Of a stretch of DNA of 64,000 bases, positions 40,675-50,851 are shown piece after piece (within the stretch, counting starts at the first letter, position 1; every line of letters begins with the position of its first letter). Source of the stretch: an uncultured Acidobacteriota bacterium (GTDB lineage: Bacteria > Acidobacteriota > Terriglobia > Acidiferrales > UBA7541). The notes under the pieces were generated by a model. That model saw only the letters and a program-made list of their open reading frames with translations. It ran no database searches and had not been told where the DNA came from. Location: positions 89,076 through 153,075 of the forward strand of contig CAVSSD010000016.1 of assembly GCA_963730495.1 (NCBI GenBank), written 5' to 3'. The translations under genes were made by a program, and so were the position numbers.

Positions 40675-42219
40675 ATGTCAGAGCCGGTTCACATCGCCTC
40701 CATCGACGCGGGCTCCAACGCAGTGCGCCTTGCGGTCGCACGCGCCTATTCTGCACTGGATATCGAACCCCTGTTCAACGAGAGATATTCGCTGCGGCTT
40801 GGCGAAGGCGTTTTTGTGCGCCACCGTTTCAGCGAAGAGCTTTTCAAAAAAGGCGTCAAAGCCTTCCGGCATTTCCATGAAGTGATGGAGGAGTTCGGAG
40901 TTACGCGATACCGCGCTGTAGCGACAAGCGCTTCTCGCGAAGCGCGCAATCGCGACGCGTTTGTGCGGCGCATCAAGCAGAAAACGGGGATCGCGCTCGA
41001 GGTGATCAACTCTTCGGAAGAGTCGCGGCTTGGCCGCGTAGCCGTCCTTGCGGCGCTCGGACCGGAATCTCCGCCGCGGTGCATCGCGGATTTGGGTGGA
41101 GGGAGCCTGCAGATAAGTATCCTTCGCGATCACAACGTGGAGCAGAGCGCGCAGCTACCGCTGGGAGCGGTGCGCTTGATGACTACGCTGAAAATCCCCG
41201 GCGTGATACGTCCGGCGCAGGCGGAACAAGTGCGCAGGTACGTGCGCGCGCTTTTGGAATCGCGTCTTCCGGCGCGGCCGAATCTCGGTGAACAAGTCGC
41301 GGCAGCACTGGGAGGAAACGCGGAAACTCTGGCGAATATCGCGCCTGGTCCCCGGCTGCATGGACTTCCGACGATTCAGCTTTCCTTGCTACGAGAACGA
41401 CTGCCGGGCCTTTTGGAACGCGATGTTCGCGAGCGCATGAAAAGTTATGGGATAAGACGGGACCGCGCGGACGTGCTGGGCATTTCGGCGATCACGTTTG
41501 TAACGCTCGGGCGCTATCTGAACATCCGAAATTTTTCGATCCCCAGCGTAGGGTTGCGCGAAGGGCTACTCCAAGAGATTGCGCGCGAAGCGTTTTCCAG
41601 AACGGAGCCGCATCGTTACAACGCGGCCGCGCGACAACTGCTCGTGGGCACGCGGAGCCTTGCGCGGCGCTTCCAAAAGGACCAAACGCACGCCGAGCAT
41701 GTGCGCGAATTGAGTGTTCTACTATTCGACCAGCTTCAACCGGTGCACCATCTTCCTGCGCAGTCTCGCGTGCTCCTGGAGGCTGGAGCACTCTTGCACG
41801 ATACGGGGCACATGATCAGCCATCGCGGCCATCACAAGCATGGAGAATACCTGGTGTTGAATGGCGATATTCCCGGCCTGGAAGGCCGTGACCGCGCCAT
41901 CGTTGCCGGGCTGGTGCGCTATCACAATCGAAAATCTGAGCCGGCGGGCCACCACGCGGCGTATTCCTCGCTGAACAATAGCGACAAGCGGATCGCGCGG
42001 CGTCTCTCAGCGATTCTGAGGATTGCCGAAGCGCTTGATCATTCACATCGCCAGCGAGTCACGCAGCTACGCGCGGCTTTTCAACGGGCTGCCGTGGGAC
42101 TCCAGATCACTGCGCGGGGCGATGCGACGGAAGACCTGGTGGACGCGAACCGCAGCGCGGAGCTTTTCGAGAAAGAATTTCACGTGCGGCTTTATTTTCG
42201 GCAACTGCCTTCGCAATAA
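40675..42219 (+). CDS. ppx: Ppx/GppA exopolyphosphatase with HD domain
   Basis: IDAGSNAVRL, ATSASREA, DLGGGS, GLREG, LHDTG. Confidence 0.92.
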   Translation: MSEPVHIASIDAGSNAVRLAVARAYSALDIEPLFNERYSLRLGEGVFVRHRFSEELFKKGVKAFRHFHEVMEEFGVTRYRAVATSASREARNRDAFVRRIKQKTGIALEVINSSEESRLGRVAVLAALGPESPPRCIADLGGGSLQISILRDHNVEQSAQLPLGAVRLMTTLKIPGVIRPAQAEQVRRYVRALLESRLPARPNLGEQVAAALGGNAETLANIAPGPRLHGLPTIQLSLLRERLPGLLERDVRERMKSYGIRRDRADVLGISAITFVTLGRYLNIRNFSIPSVGLREGLLQEIAREAFSRTEPHRYNAAARQLLVGTRSLARRFQKDQTHAEHVRELSVLLFDQLQPVHHLPAQSRVLLEAGALLHDTGHMISHRGHHKHGEYLVLNGDIPGLEGRDRAIVAGLVRYHNRKSEPAGHHAAYSSLNNSDKRIARRLSAILRIAEALDHSHRQRVTQLRAAFQRAAVGLQITARGDATEDLVDANRSAELFEKEFHVRLYFRQLPSQ

Positions 42220-42288
42220 CGGCAACGCGGACCTTTATTCGAGCGTTCAAATGCTATTCTTTAGATTCGTGGAAGGGGAAAAGATCCG

Positions 42289-42789
42289 ATGGAAATATAC
42301 GTTGTGCGTCACGGGATCGCGATCGACCGGGAAGATCCCAAGTGCCCGCCCGATCCAGAGAGATATTTGACCGAAGAAGGCATCGAAAAAACGAAGCGTG
42401 TGGCCGCGGCGGTGGCCGCGCTTGGGGCGACGCCGGACTTGTTGTTATCGAGTCCCTACGTGCGAGCGATGCAGACGGCGGAGATTTTCGCGTCGGCATT
42501 GGATTATTCCAAACAAAAGATTAGGCGAACGGATTTGCTGTTGCCGGGGGCGGAGCCTTCGTTATTTTTCCGCGAACTGGCGAAAGACAAACAGACTTCG
42601 ACGCTTTTTATATTTGGGCATGCTCCGCAACTGGATGATATTATCGCGTCGGCGCTGGGTTCAAAACACCACATTACCTCCTTGAAGAAAGCTGGCGTAG
42701 CGTTGCTTGAATTGAAGCGCGTTTCGCCGCCGAATGGGCAGCTGGTTTGGCTGGCGCCGCCGAAACTGTTGCGGCGGGCAGGAAAGTAG
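42289..42789 (+). CDS. sixA: Phosphohistidine phosphatase SixA
   Basis: VRHG, SSPYVRAMQTA, GHAP. Confidence 0.9.
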   Translation: MEIYVVRHGIAIDREDPKCPPDPERYLTEEGIEKTKRVAAAVAALGATPDLLLSSPYVRAMQTAEIFASALDYSKQKIRRTDLLLPGAEPSLFFRELAKDKQTSTLFIFGHAPQLDDIIASALGSKHHITSLKKAGVALLELKRVSPPNGQLVWLAPPKLLRRAGK

Positions 42790-43234
42790 ATTCAATCTGC
42801 TGGCCTCTGCGACGATGGCTGGCTAGAGGTCGTGCCCCTACAGGTGCTTGTCGTTTGATTTCCTATATAGTTGTTCGCCCTCCCCCAGGATTTTAAGCGT
42901 TGCTGATAAAGGACTTACGGCTTGCGTGCCCGTGGGTTATGGCCTGGGTGGCGGAGTGACGGGTTGAAGCCCGCCCTTACATTTCCGGACGAGGTTACCA
43001 GGGTTTGCCGTCGACTCGGAGGCGGTGGGTGTCGTCGAAGTGGACAGCGTAGGGTTCGCGGATTGGCGCGCCTGGTTGGCGTCGGGTTTGCGATGTTAGT
43101 GGAGCGGCTGGCGGGGCGTTGTTGGGTTGGGCGGTTTGTGTTGGAGTGGGATTCGTTGTGGGCTGTGGGAGAGGAACGGCGGCGCTTGGGAGTTGGGTCT
43201 CGTCGATGGTCGATGGGGTGGGATCAAGGCAGGG

Positions 43235-43258
43235 TCCTTCGCTACGCTCAGGATGACA
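43235..43258 (+). repeat. CCTTCG-CTACG-CTCAGGATGACA small repeat
   Basis: Shares the CCTTCG..CTCAGG core with the 21-bp mini-elements. Confidence 0.55.
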
Positions 43259-43332
43259 GGTTTGTGGTGTTGGAGCGGCGGATTGTGGCGAGGCTGAGTT
43301 GGGGCGGGCGGGAAAGATGGAACGCGCGACGT

Positions 43333-44067
43333 TTAGGCGGCTTCGGTTTCGGCGGGGGAGGGACGGGTGGACGACGGAGCTGGCGGCGGCGCGACGGGTG
43401 GTTCCGTCGTCGCGGTAGCGGGTGGTGCGGGTGGCGGTTGTATTGGCCGGTCGGGCGGGGCGGGGCAATCGGGCCGGGCTCTTCGAGGCTCCCTTCGTTC
43501 CTCAGGGCAAGCAGGGTAAACAAGCCCGGCCCTTACGGGCGTTGACAGGGCATGTTGAGCCGCGGGTGCGGAAGGCGCGGGGTGCACGTCGTCGGCGGCG
43601 TCGGTTTCGGGACTGTCCTCGGATTCGTCCTCGGGATCGGGGGCGTTGGGGTCGGGTGGGAAGAGATAGTCGTGGTTGGATGTGACAGATGTGCAGACGG
43701 CGTCGCGCCAGCCGTCGGTGCCGAAGGCGTTGATGTATTCGTGTTGGGCCAGGCGGGTGGACTGCATTAGGGTTTGGAACATATAGGCAACGGTGCGGGC
43801 GAGCCTGGGTTTTATTTCGCCGCGGACCACTGCGGGGATTAGGCGGCCGACGGCGGTGTTTAGGTCATTGGCGGAGAGGTAGTCGCCGGAGAAGAAATAG
43901 GCTAGGTCTTTGGCTAGTTTTTTGGCGGACTGGGATTGGGATTCTTTTTAGGCGTGGTAGAAGCAGAAGTGAGGGTGGCTGCTGATGCGCGGGGTGCAGC
44001 AGCGGCGGCCATCGGTGAAACTGAAAAGACAAAGGGATACGCGGTCCTTTGGACTGAGAGAAGCCAT
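43333..44067 (-). pseudogene. Cys/His-motif hypothetical gene with in-frame TAA at 43948-43950
   Basis: AAGGAG RBS; MASLSPKDRVSLCLFSFTDGRRCCTPRISSHPHFCFYHA* continues in the same frame into ORF 43333-43830. Confidence 0.6.
43471..43536. mobile_element. REP hairpin carrying two nested 21-bp mini-elements
   Basis: GGGCCGGG[CTCTTCGAGGCT[CCCTTCGTTCCTCAGGGCAAG]CAGGGTAAA]CAAGCCCGGCCCTTAC. Confidence 0.7.
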
Positions 44068-44110
44068 AAGAGTCTCCTTGATTTAGATTTGGACGACGGA
44101 AAAAGAAAGA

Positions 44111-44135
44111 GCACAGGCAAGAGTGCTTGTGCTAC
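44111..44135 (-). repeat. GTRGCACA-type REP palindrome, family C
   Basis: GCACAGGCA..TGCTTGTGCTAC; related copy at 51905-51926, both preceded by AAGA. Confidence 0.6.
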
Positions 44136-44245
44136 CAAAGATGGCCTAAAACAGAAACGCCTCGCGGGCGGCGAGGCGTAGTACTGAACGAGAATATTAT
44201 ATCGCAGGTATGATGCGGAGCAAAGTAAAAAATTCCAGAGGTGGC

Positions 44246-45193
44246 ATGAAGGTGAAAGCCTCTGGCCATCGTCCGATATGGAAGACTTTGTTGGCTTTCG
44301 CAATTCTCTATCTCGTCTGGGGATCCACTTATCTTGCAATTCGTGTTGGAGTGCGCGAGGTTCCGCCATTCCTTTTCGCGGCGATGCGTTTTTTGATTGC
44401 GGGACTTGTTCTTTATGGATGGATGATCGCGCAGGGTGAGCGCTCACCAAGCAGGGTTCAATGGGCATCAGCATCTTTGCTCGCGATTCTGTTCTTCGTG
44501 CTCGACTACGGACTGTTGTATTGGGCTGAGCAGCGTGTGCCTTCGGGAATTGCCGCAGTGATGATGGCCACGACACCCACATTTATGGCGTTGTGGGAAA
44601 TTACTTTTCTGAAAATCCAGAAACTTACGGTCCGCTTGGCGCTGGCTCTCTTGATTGGTACCGGCGGAGTAGCAGTGCTAGTGAGCCGCACGTTGAACCT
44701 GGGCGGAGTGCCAATCGATAGAATAGGCGCCGTGGCACTTGTCATTGCAGCTATGAGCTGGTCGATATCATCGGTGCTCACGCGAAAGCTGCCGCTTCCT
44801 CCTTCTAAAGTTATGAGCTCGGGAGTCCAGATGCTCGCCGGCGGGGTGTTCTTGGCTTTTACGGCAGCCGCGCTGGGTGAATTTCGCGGTTTTCATCCGC
44901 GGAGTGTCTCTATCAACGGGTGGCTTTCGTTGCTATACCTGACTGTGGCCGGCTCCATCATCGCGTTTACCGCGTACATCTGGCTGATTCATCATGAATC
45001 GCCGACCAAGGTCGGGACCTATGCATACGTGAATCCGGTTGTGGCCGTGCTGCTTGGATATTTCTTCGGAGGCGAAGCGCTTGGAGTGCGAACTATTCTG
45101 GGGGCTCTGTTTGTCCTGATCAGCGTGGTGGTGATCACGACGACGCGAGCGAAGAAGCCGGCAGAAAAATTCTCTGATGCAGATACGGGCTAA
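44246..45193 (+). CDS. EamA/DMT transporter (YedA-like)
   Basis: YLVWGSTYLAI, YAYVNPVVAV, about ten TM helices. Confidence 0.9.
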   Translation: MKVKASGHRPIWKTLLAFAILYLVWGSTYLAIRVGVREVPPFLFAAMRFLIAGLVLYGWMIAQGERSPSRVQWASASLLAILFFVLDYGLLYWAEQRVPSGIAAVMMATTPTFMALWEITFLKIQKLTVRLALALLIGTGGVAVLVSRTLNLGGVPIDRIGAVALVIAAMSWSISSVLTRKLPLPPSKVMSSGVQMLAGGVFLAFTAAALGEFRGFHPRSVSINGWLSLLYLTVAGSIIAFTAYIWLIHHESPTKVGTYAYVNPVVAVLLGYFFGGEALGVRTILGALFVLISVVVITTTRAKKPAEKFSDADTG

Positions 45194-45289
45194 TTCTCGA
45201 CAAGCCGGCAAATCGCAAACTGACGTAATACTAGATTCCGCAATTTCAATGATGTGAGCGAACTGAATCTCGAGAGACGTGGCGTTGCG

Positions 45290-46861
45290 TTAGGCTGAGA
45301 CGACGGTCGCGAGTGGCGGCTCGGAGAGCTGGGCGATTGGTTCGGGAGCTTTTTCTGGTTTTGGCACGGATTTTAGGATGAGCGGCTTTTCCGTGACGGA
45401 TTCCAGGAGGTGTTTGGCGGCGGCGAGACGAGCTGCGATTTCGGCGGTGTCGAGCAGGCCGGGGACGCTTAGGACGATAGCGTCGGCGGATTTTTCACAG
45501 CGAAGGCCGACGGCGTTTTCGAGGCCGGATTTTCTGAGGGAGCGGGCCAGGCGCAGAACGCCTGACAGTGCGCGAACCGTGGTTTGCTGCTCGTCTGAAA
45601 GTTTTGCGAAGCCGTTTTTCTGCTTGGGCTCGGGCCCGCGGTGAAAACGAACTGCCCAGGCCATTAAATTCCATTCCTCCGAAGTCCAGTTAGGCGGAAC
45701 GGTCAAGCCCAACAGAAACTTGCGCAGGGTTTTCTGAGACAATGTGCGATCGCCAACAGCGCCGGCGCCGTGCAGTTTGGCGGACGCTTCCATCAAGCGG
45801 CGCATGGTTGGCTCAAGAAATACCGGGGCAGCTTGGACGCGGCGCAAGACGTCAAACACTCGAAGTGCTACGCGTGCAATTTGGGCGGTGCGCCGCGAGT
45901 GCGAGCTGGCCGCGCGGGCCGTTGAGCGAATCCGAGCCTTTGCCGCTGCTTCGAGCCGCTGGCCACGCGGCAGATTGTGGCGCCACTCCTCCCAGAGGCT
46001 AGTCTTGCCGAGAGTGAGCTGGCGGTAAGTTTCGACTCGCTTATGACGTTCTTGGAGGATTTTTTCCTGCCAAGCTTTCGCGGATTCGGCTCCGGCGACT
46101 TTGGTGTCTTCGATCTTTTCTGAAAGCACATCGAGATCGTGGATATCGCCAAGCAGATCTTGAACCCGCTTCAAGTTTTCGCCCCAGGCGGCTGAGTGAT
46201 CGGGCAGAAAACTCTCCAGCGTGTAGCGAAATCTTTTTAGGCCAATACGGAGGGCGTGCCAAGGCTTGGGTTTCTCCGTGCGCGAGGCGCGGTTGTGCAA
46301 CTCTTTTGCTTCCTCGAAGCGCTCAAGGGCCAGGCACTCGGCGGCGAGACCTCCTGCGGGCACCAGCCGTACGCGCTGGCGGAGGCGCCGTTCGAGACTA
46401 GTCCATTCCTTCTCGTTAAATTTCGCAGCGACCCGCAGCGCATCTTCAGAGCGCTCTTTTTCGTCTGATTGGAGAGTGGCGAGCAGGTGTACACGCAGAG
46501 GATCATTCTCAGAGCCGAGTTTCTTGATCCATTCCTCCATCACTTGAGCGTCGCGCACTGCGCCGAGACCGCGAAATAGTTTGCGGGCGACTTTGCGCAT
46601 TTCCGGCCAAGCAGAGTCAGGGTCAATTTCTTCCATGACGGCGGCCAAAGACCGGCAACGGCGAATCGCGACGCGAAGATCGTGGACGGTTTCCGAATCA
46701 GGCGAGGATTGGAGACTTCCCAGCTCTTCCAGGACGCGATTCATGGATTGGGACAGACTGCGGTATTCGGGCCGCGAACCGGCGGGGGAAGTTACTGCAA
46801 ATGGTGACCGCGGAACGGTCAATGAAAGGGGTGACCGCGTAGCGGTCAACGCCGTAGCCAT
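45290..46861 (-). CDS. CHAD domain protein fused to a degenerate Ppx-type helical C-terminal domain
   Basis: VHDLRVAIRR, HALRIGLKRFRY, QDLLGDIHDLDV; C-terminal HSRR...LH...RFHR...LRLA. Confidence 0.85.
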   Translation of the reverse strand: MATALTATRSPLSLTVPRSPFAVTSPAGSRPEYRSLSQSMNRVLEELGSLQSSPDSETVHDLRVAIRRCRSLAAVMEEIDPDSAWPEMRKVARKLFRGLGAVRDAQVMEEWIKKLGSENDPLRVHLLATLQSDEKERSEDALRVAAKFNEKEWTSLERRLRQRVRLVPAGGLAAECLALERFEEAKELHNRASRTEKPKPWHALRIGLKRFRYTLESFLPDHSAAWGENLKRVQDLLGDIHDLDVLSEKIEDTKVAGAESAKAWQEKILQERHKRVETYRQLTLGKTSLWEEWRHNLPRGQRLEAAAKARIRSTARAASSHSRRTAQIARVALRVFDVLRRVQAAPVFLEPTMRRLMEASAKLHGAGAVGDRTLSQKTLRKFLLGLTVPPNWTSEEWNLMAWAVRFHRGPEPKQKNGFAKLSDEQQTTVRALSGVLRLARSLRKSGLENAVGLRCEKSADAIVLSVPGLLDTAEIAARLAAAKHLLESVTEKPLILKSVPKPEKAPEPIAQLSEPPLATVVSA

Positions 46862-47025
46862 CTAAATACCTCGACCTCGGAACCGTTCGTACGCTCCGTT
46901 CGTACGGGAGCCCCTGCGAACGGGGGCTATAGAGTATCGCTCGGCTCTATCCCAGTCCAGTCGAGGGCTTGTGGCCAAGGGTTACGCCACTCGCTTAGAA
47001 TCATTGTGGGAGCTCAGAGAAGCGA

Positions 47026-47697
47026 ATGAAACTAAAATTGCCGGCGGGCACGTTTAGCGCGTATTTATTTGATTGCGACGGGACGATTGTTGATTCGATG
47101 CCGCTGCATTATGTGGCGTGGAGGAAGGCGCTCGGCGAGTGGAACTGCGAGTTTGCTGAAGAGCTTTTCTACGCTTGGGGCGGGAGGCCTACGGGGGAGA
47201 TTATCTCTACGCTAAATGAGAAACACGGATTGAGCATGCCGGTGGACAGTGTAGCTCGCAGGAAAGAAGAGTTTTATTTTGCGATGCTGCCGGATTTGAA
47301 GGCTGTGCCGGAAGTGTTGGAGCATATTGAAGCGCAGCACGGGCGGATTCCGTTTGCGGTGGTGTCGGGGAGCGCGAGGGATTCGGTGACGGCGTCTTTG
47401 GAGACGCTGAAGCTGCTGGATCGGTTTGAGACTTTGGTTTGTGCGGGAGAGTATAAAAAGAGCAAGCCTGACCCGGAGGCGTTTTTGCTGGCGGCGTCGA
47501 GACTTGGCGTGGCGCCGAAGAGCTGTTTGGTTTTTGAGGATACGGAGATGGGGATTCAGGCGGCGACGGCGGCGGGGATGTCGTCGGTGAAGGTGCCTTC
47601 GCCTTGGGAGCGGCCGCGTTCCGTGGCAAGGAAAGCGATCCGGCGGCTCCCAGTTTGTGCATGCCTATCAAAACTAAACTGGGCCTGCGGCAATTAA
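47026..47697 (+). CDS. HAD-family phosphatase (YqaB/beta-PGM-like)
   Basis: FDCDGT, SG, KPDPE, FEDT. Confidence 0.9.
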   Translation: MKLKLPAGTFSAYLFDCDGTIVDSMPLHYVAWRKALGEWNCEFAEELFYAWGGRPTGEIISTLNEKHGLSMPVDSVARRKEEFYFAMLPDLKAVPEVLEHIEAQHGRIPFAVVSGSARDSVTASLETLKLLDRFETLVCAGEYKKSKPDPEAFLLAASRLGVAPKSCLVFEDTEMGIQAATAAGMSSVKVPSPWERPRSVARKAIRRLPVCACLSKLNWACGN

Positions 47698-47786
47698 TGT
47701 GCGCGATGCAAAGTAGGACGCCGAAATCGCAGCTACGCAGAGCGCGCGAGGTAACGCAGAGAAGAGGTGGATAGTCGCGTGCGGAG

Positions 47787-47812
47787 GCGGCAGCGGGCTG
47801 CCGCACTCCAAA
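47787..47812 (-). repeat. REP-like palindrome, family A variant
   Basis: GCGGCAGC-GG-GCTGCCGCACTCCAAA. Confidence 0.75.
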
Positions 47813-47856
47813 GCGTCTTGAGTGTGGGGCGGCGGCGTGATATTTTTAGGTGCTGG

Positions 47857-47943
47857 CCCGGAGTGGCGGAACTGGCAGACGCGCCGGACTCAAAATCCGG
47901 TGGCCGCAAGGCCGTGTGGGTTCGACCCCCTCCTCCGGGACCA
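47857..47943 (+). tRNA. tRNA-Leu(CAA)
   Basis: Acceptor CCCGGAG/CTCCGGG, anticodon arm CCGGA-CTCAAAA-TCCGG, long variable arm, TTCGA loop, encoded ACCA. Confidence 0.96.
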
Positions 47944-48123
47944 TTTTTTCCTTCCAATTTTTCTTCCAAAAAGCGATTTGCGGACTTGGCGGGATGTCTG
48001 GCCTTTTGCTACTTCCCAGAAAAAAGGATGCTTCATTGAATTGAATCGGTTTAACATTACCTGCATAGTGCCAAACGGCACCTTTGCGTTCAGAATCATT
48101 GCTAATTCTCTGCGAGGAGCCCT

Positions 48124-50794
48124 ATGTCTTGTTCCACTTGGTCGCGCAAGTGTGTGTTGGTGCTGTCGATTTTGCTCGTGGCGGTAGCGCAGGCCTCTGC
48201 GCAGGTTGCGCCCGAGCCTGCGTCACGTGTGTATTTGCATGGGGAATGGCGGATTCAGTCGTCGTGCGTGGCGAAGGGGACGGGGGAGCAAATTTCTGCG
48301 CTGGGGTTTGACGCGAATGGGTGGCATGCCGCGAAGGTTCCGACAACTGTGTTGGGCGCGCTCGTCGGTGACAAAACTTATCCTGATCCTTTCTACGCTA
48401 CGAACCTGCATTCGTTTCCGGGAATGTATTCATCGAACAAAATTCTTTTTGCGAATCGCGAATTGCCGAAGGACAGCCCGTTTCTTTGCTCGTGGTGGTA
48501 TCGAGCAGAGTTTGCCGTTCCGGTCGAATTCGAGAAGCAAACTGCCTGGTTAAATTTTCTGGGGATCAACTACCGCGCGAATATCTGGATCAATGGACAG
48601 AAAGTGGCGGACGCGAAAGATGTGGCCGGGGCTTATCGCATGTTTGAGTTCAATGTGAGCAAGTTCATTCACGTGGGGAAACGGAACGCGATTGCAGTGG
48701 AAGTGTTTGCGCCTAAGAAAGACGATCTGGAGATTACCTGGGTGGATTGGAATCCGACGCCTCCTGACAAGTTGATGGGGATCTGGAGAGAGGTTTTTTT
48801 GACGCGTAGTGGCGACGTGGCAGTGCGCGCGCCGTTTGCGGCCTCGAAACTCGATGAGCGGTACGAAGATGCTTCGCTGACGCTCAGCGCGAGTGTACAC
48901 AATGTTTCCGATCATCCGGTTAGCGGTGTGCTCCGCGCGGGCGTGGATGACGGCGGAGAGCAGCTTTCGCAGAGTGTTACGCTGGCTCCTTCCGAGACGA
49001 AAATCATACGCTTTACGCCCGAGCAGTTTGCGCACTTGAAGCTGTCGCATCCGAAACTCTGGTGGCCCTACCAAATGGGCGAACCAAATCTTCATAGCGC
49101 GAAATTTTCGTTTGAGATCGACGGGAAAGTATCCGACTCCGCCGCAACGACATTTGGGATTCGCGAAGTGACTTCGGAACTGACGGAAAAGGGGTACCGG
49201 CTGTTCAAAATCAATGGACGCAAGCTGCTGATTCGCGGTGCGGCGTGGGCGAACGACATGCTGCTGCGGTGGTCGTCTGGGCGCTTGGATGCCGACCTCG
49301 CTTATGTTCGCGATATGGGGCTGAATACGATTCGCTTGGAAGGCCATTTGGACCGCGACGAATTTTTTGAGAAAACCGATCGAGCTGGGGATTTTGGTGA
49401 TGCCGGGCTGGTCGTGCTGCGACGCGTGGGAGCGGTGGAAGGATTGGAAGGGAGATCAACGAGCGGTGGCGGCTGCTTCTTTGACGAGCCAGATAACGCG
49501 GTTGCGCAATCACCCGAGCGTGATGGTGTGGTTGAACGGGAGCGACGGGCCGCCGCCGGCGGATGTTGAGAAAATGTATTTGGCAATCGAAAAAGATTTG
49601 GGCTGGCCGAATCCGACTATTTCTTCGGCTTCCGCGGAGAAGACGACGGTCACGGGAAAATCGGGCGTGAAGATGACCGGGCCGTACGAGTATGTGCCGC
49701 CGGTTTATTGGCTGTCGGATAAGATTGCGGGCGGAGCGTACGGGTACAACACGGAGACGAGCCCTGGGCCGGCGATTCCGCCGCGCGAATCGCTCGAGCG
49801 ATTTATTCCCAAGGATCATTTGTGGCCGATCGATGATGTGTGGAACTACCACTCGGGCGGCGAACGCTTTACTACCGTGAATGTTTTCACCGATGGTTTG
49901 ACTAAGCGCTATGGGGCGGCTACTTCGCTGGACGACTACGAGCGCAAGGCTCAGGCGATGACTTACGACGGGCAGCGCGCGATGTTCGAGGCGTATGGGC
50001 GGAATAAGTACACTTCGACCGGTGTGATTCAGTGGATGCTAAACAATAGCTGGCCGTCGTTGATCTGGCATCTTTACGATTATTATTTGGTGCCCGCGGG
50101 CGGATATTTTGGGACGAAGAAGGCCATGGAGCCGGTGCATGTGCAGTATTCGTATGACGACAATTCGGTTGCGGTGGTGAACGGCACCTACGAGGCGCTT
50201 AGAGGAGTGAAAGTCAGCGCGAAGATTTACAACATTGATGCGACGGAAAAAGCTTCGCACGATGCAACGCTGGATTTTGCCGCCGACAGCAGCACGAAGG
50301 CGTTCGATCTGCCGAAAGTGGAAGGGCTCTCGAAGACTTACTTTCTGTGGCTGAAGTTGAGCGATGCGGCAGGAAAACAGCTTAGCGACAATTTTTATTG
50401 GCTGTCGACCAAGGCGGACACTCTGAATTGGGCGAAGCAGCAGGATACGGTGTATACCCCGCAGGCGGAGTTTGGGGATCTTACCGGGCTTAGTTCGCTG
50501 CCAGAGGTGAAATTAAACGCGAATGTTGTTTCAGGAAACGGTACGGAGAAGGTGACTGTGTCGAATCCGAGTAACGCTGTCGCGTTTATGGTTCATCTGA
50601 GAGTTACTCGCGGCAAGGGCGGGGAAGACCTTACGCCTATTCTGTGGGAGGACAATTACTTTTCGCTGCTGCCGGGGGAAAGTCGAACTGTAACGGCAAA
50701 GTTTGCTTCGAGCTCGCTGGGTGGCAAGGAGGCTGTCGTAGAGCTGGACGGATGGAACGTGGCGGCGGCTACTTTGGGTGCGCCGCAAAACTAG
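48124..50794 (+). CDS. GH2 glycosidase (exo-beta-D-glucosaminidase/beta-mannosidase-like), frameshift ~49381
   Basis: WVDWNP.PPD, LWWP, FGIRE, LRNHPS..VWL.GSD, ETSPG; one extra C splits the ORF. Confidence 0.85.
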
Positions 50795-50851
50795 TGTGGT
50801 TGGTTCCGATGACCGCGAGGTGTGCGTATTTTGAGTCGCGCAGATAAAGAC

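Noticed and set aside
42922-43545. 207-aa Arg/Gly-rich plus-strand ORF
   Set aside because: Product of extreme G/T skew opposite the minus-strand pseudogene
47857-47943. tRNA-Leu as an island attachment site
   Set aside because: No duplicate of its 3' end and no integrase seen in the window
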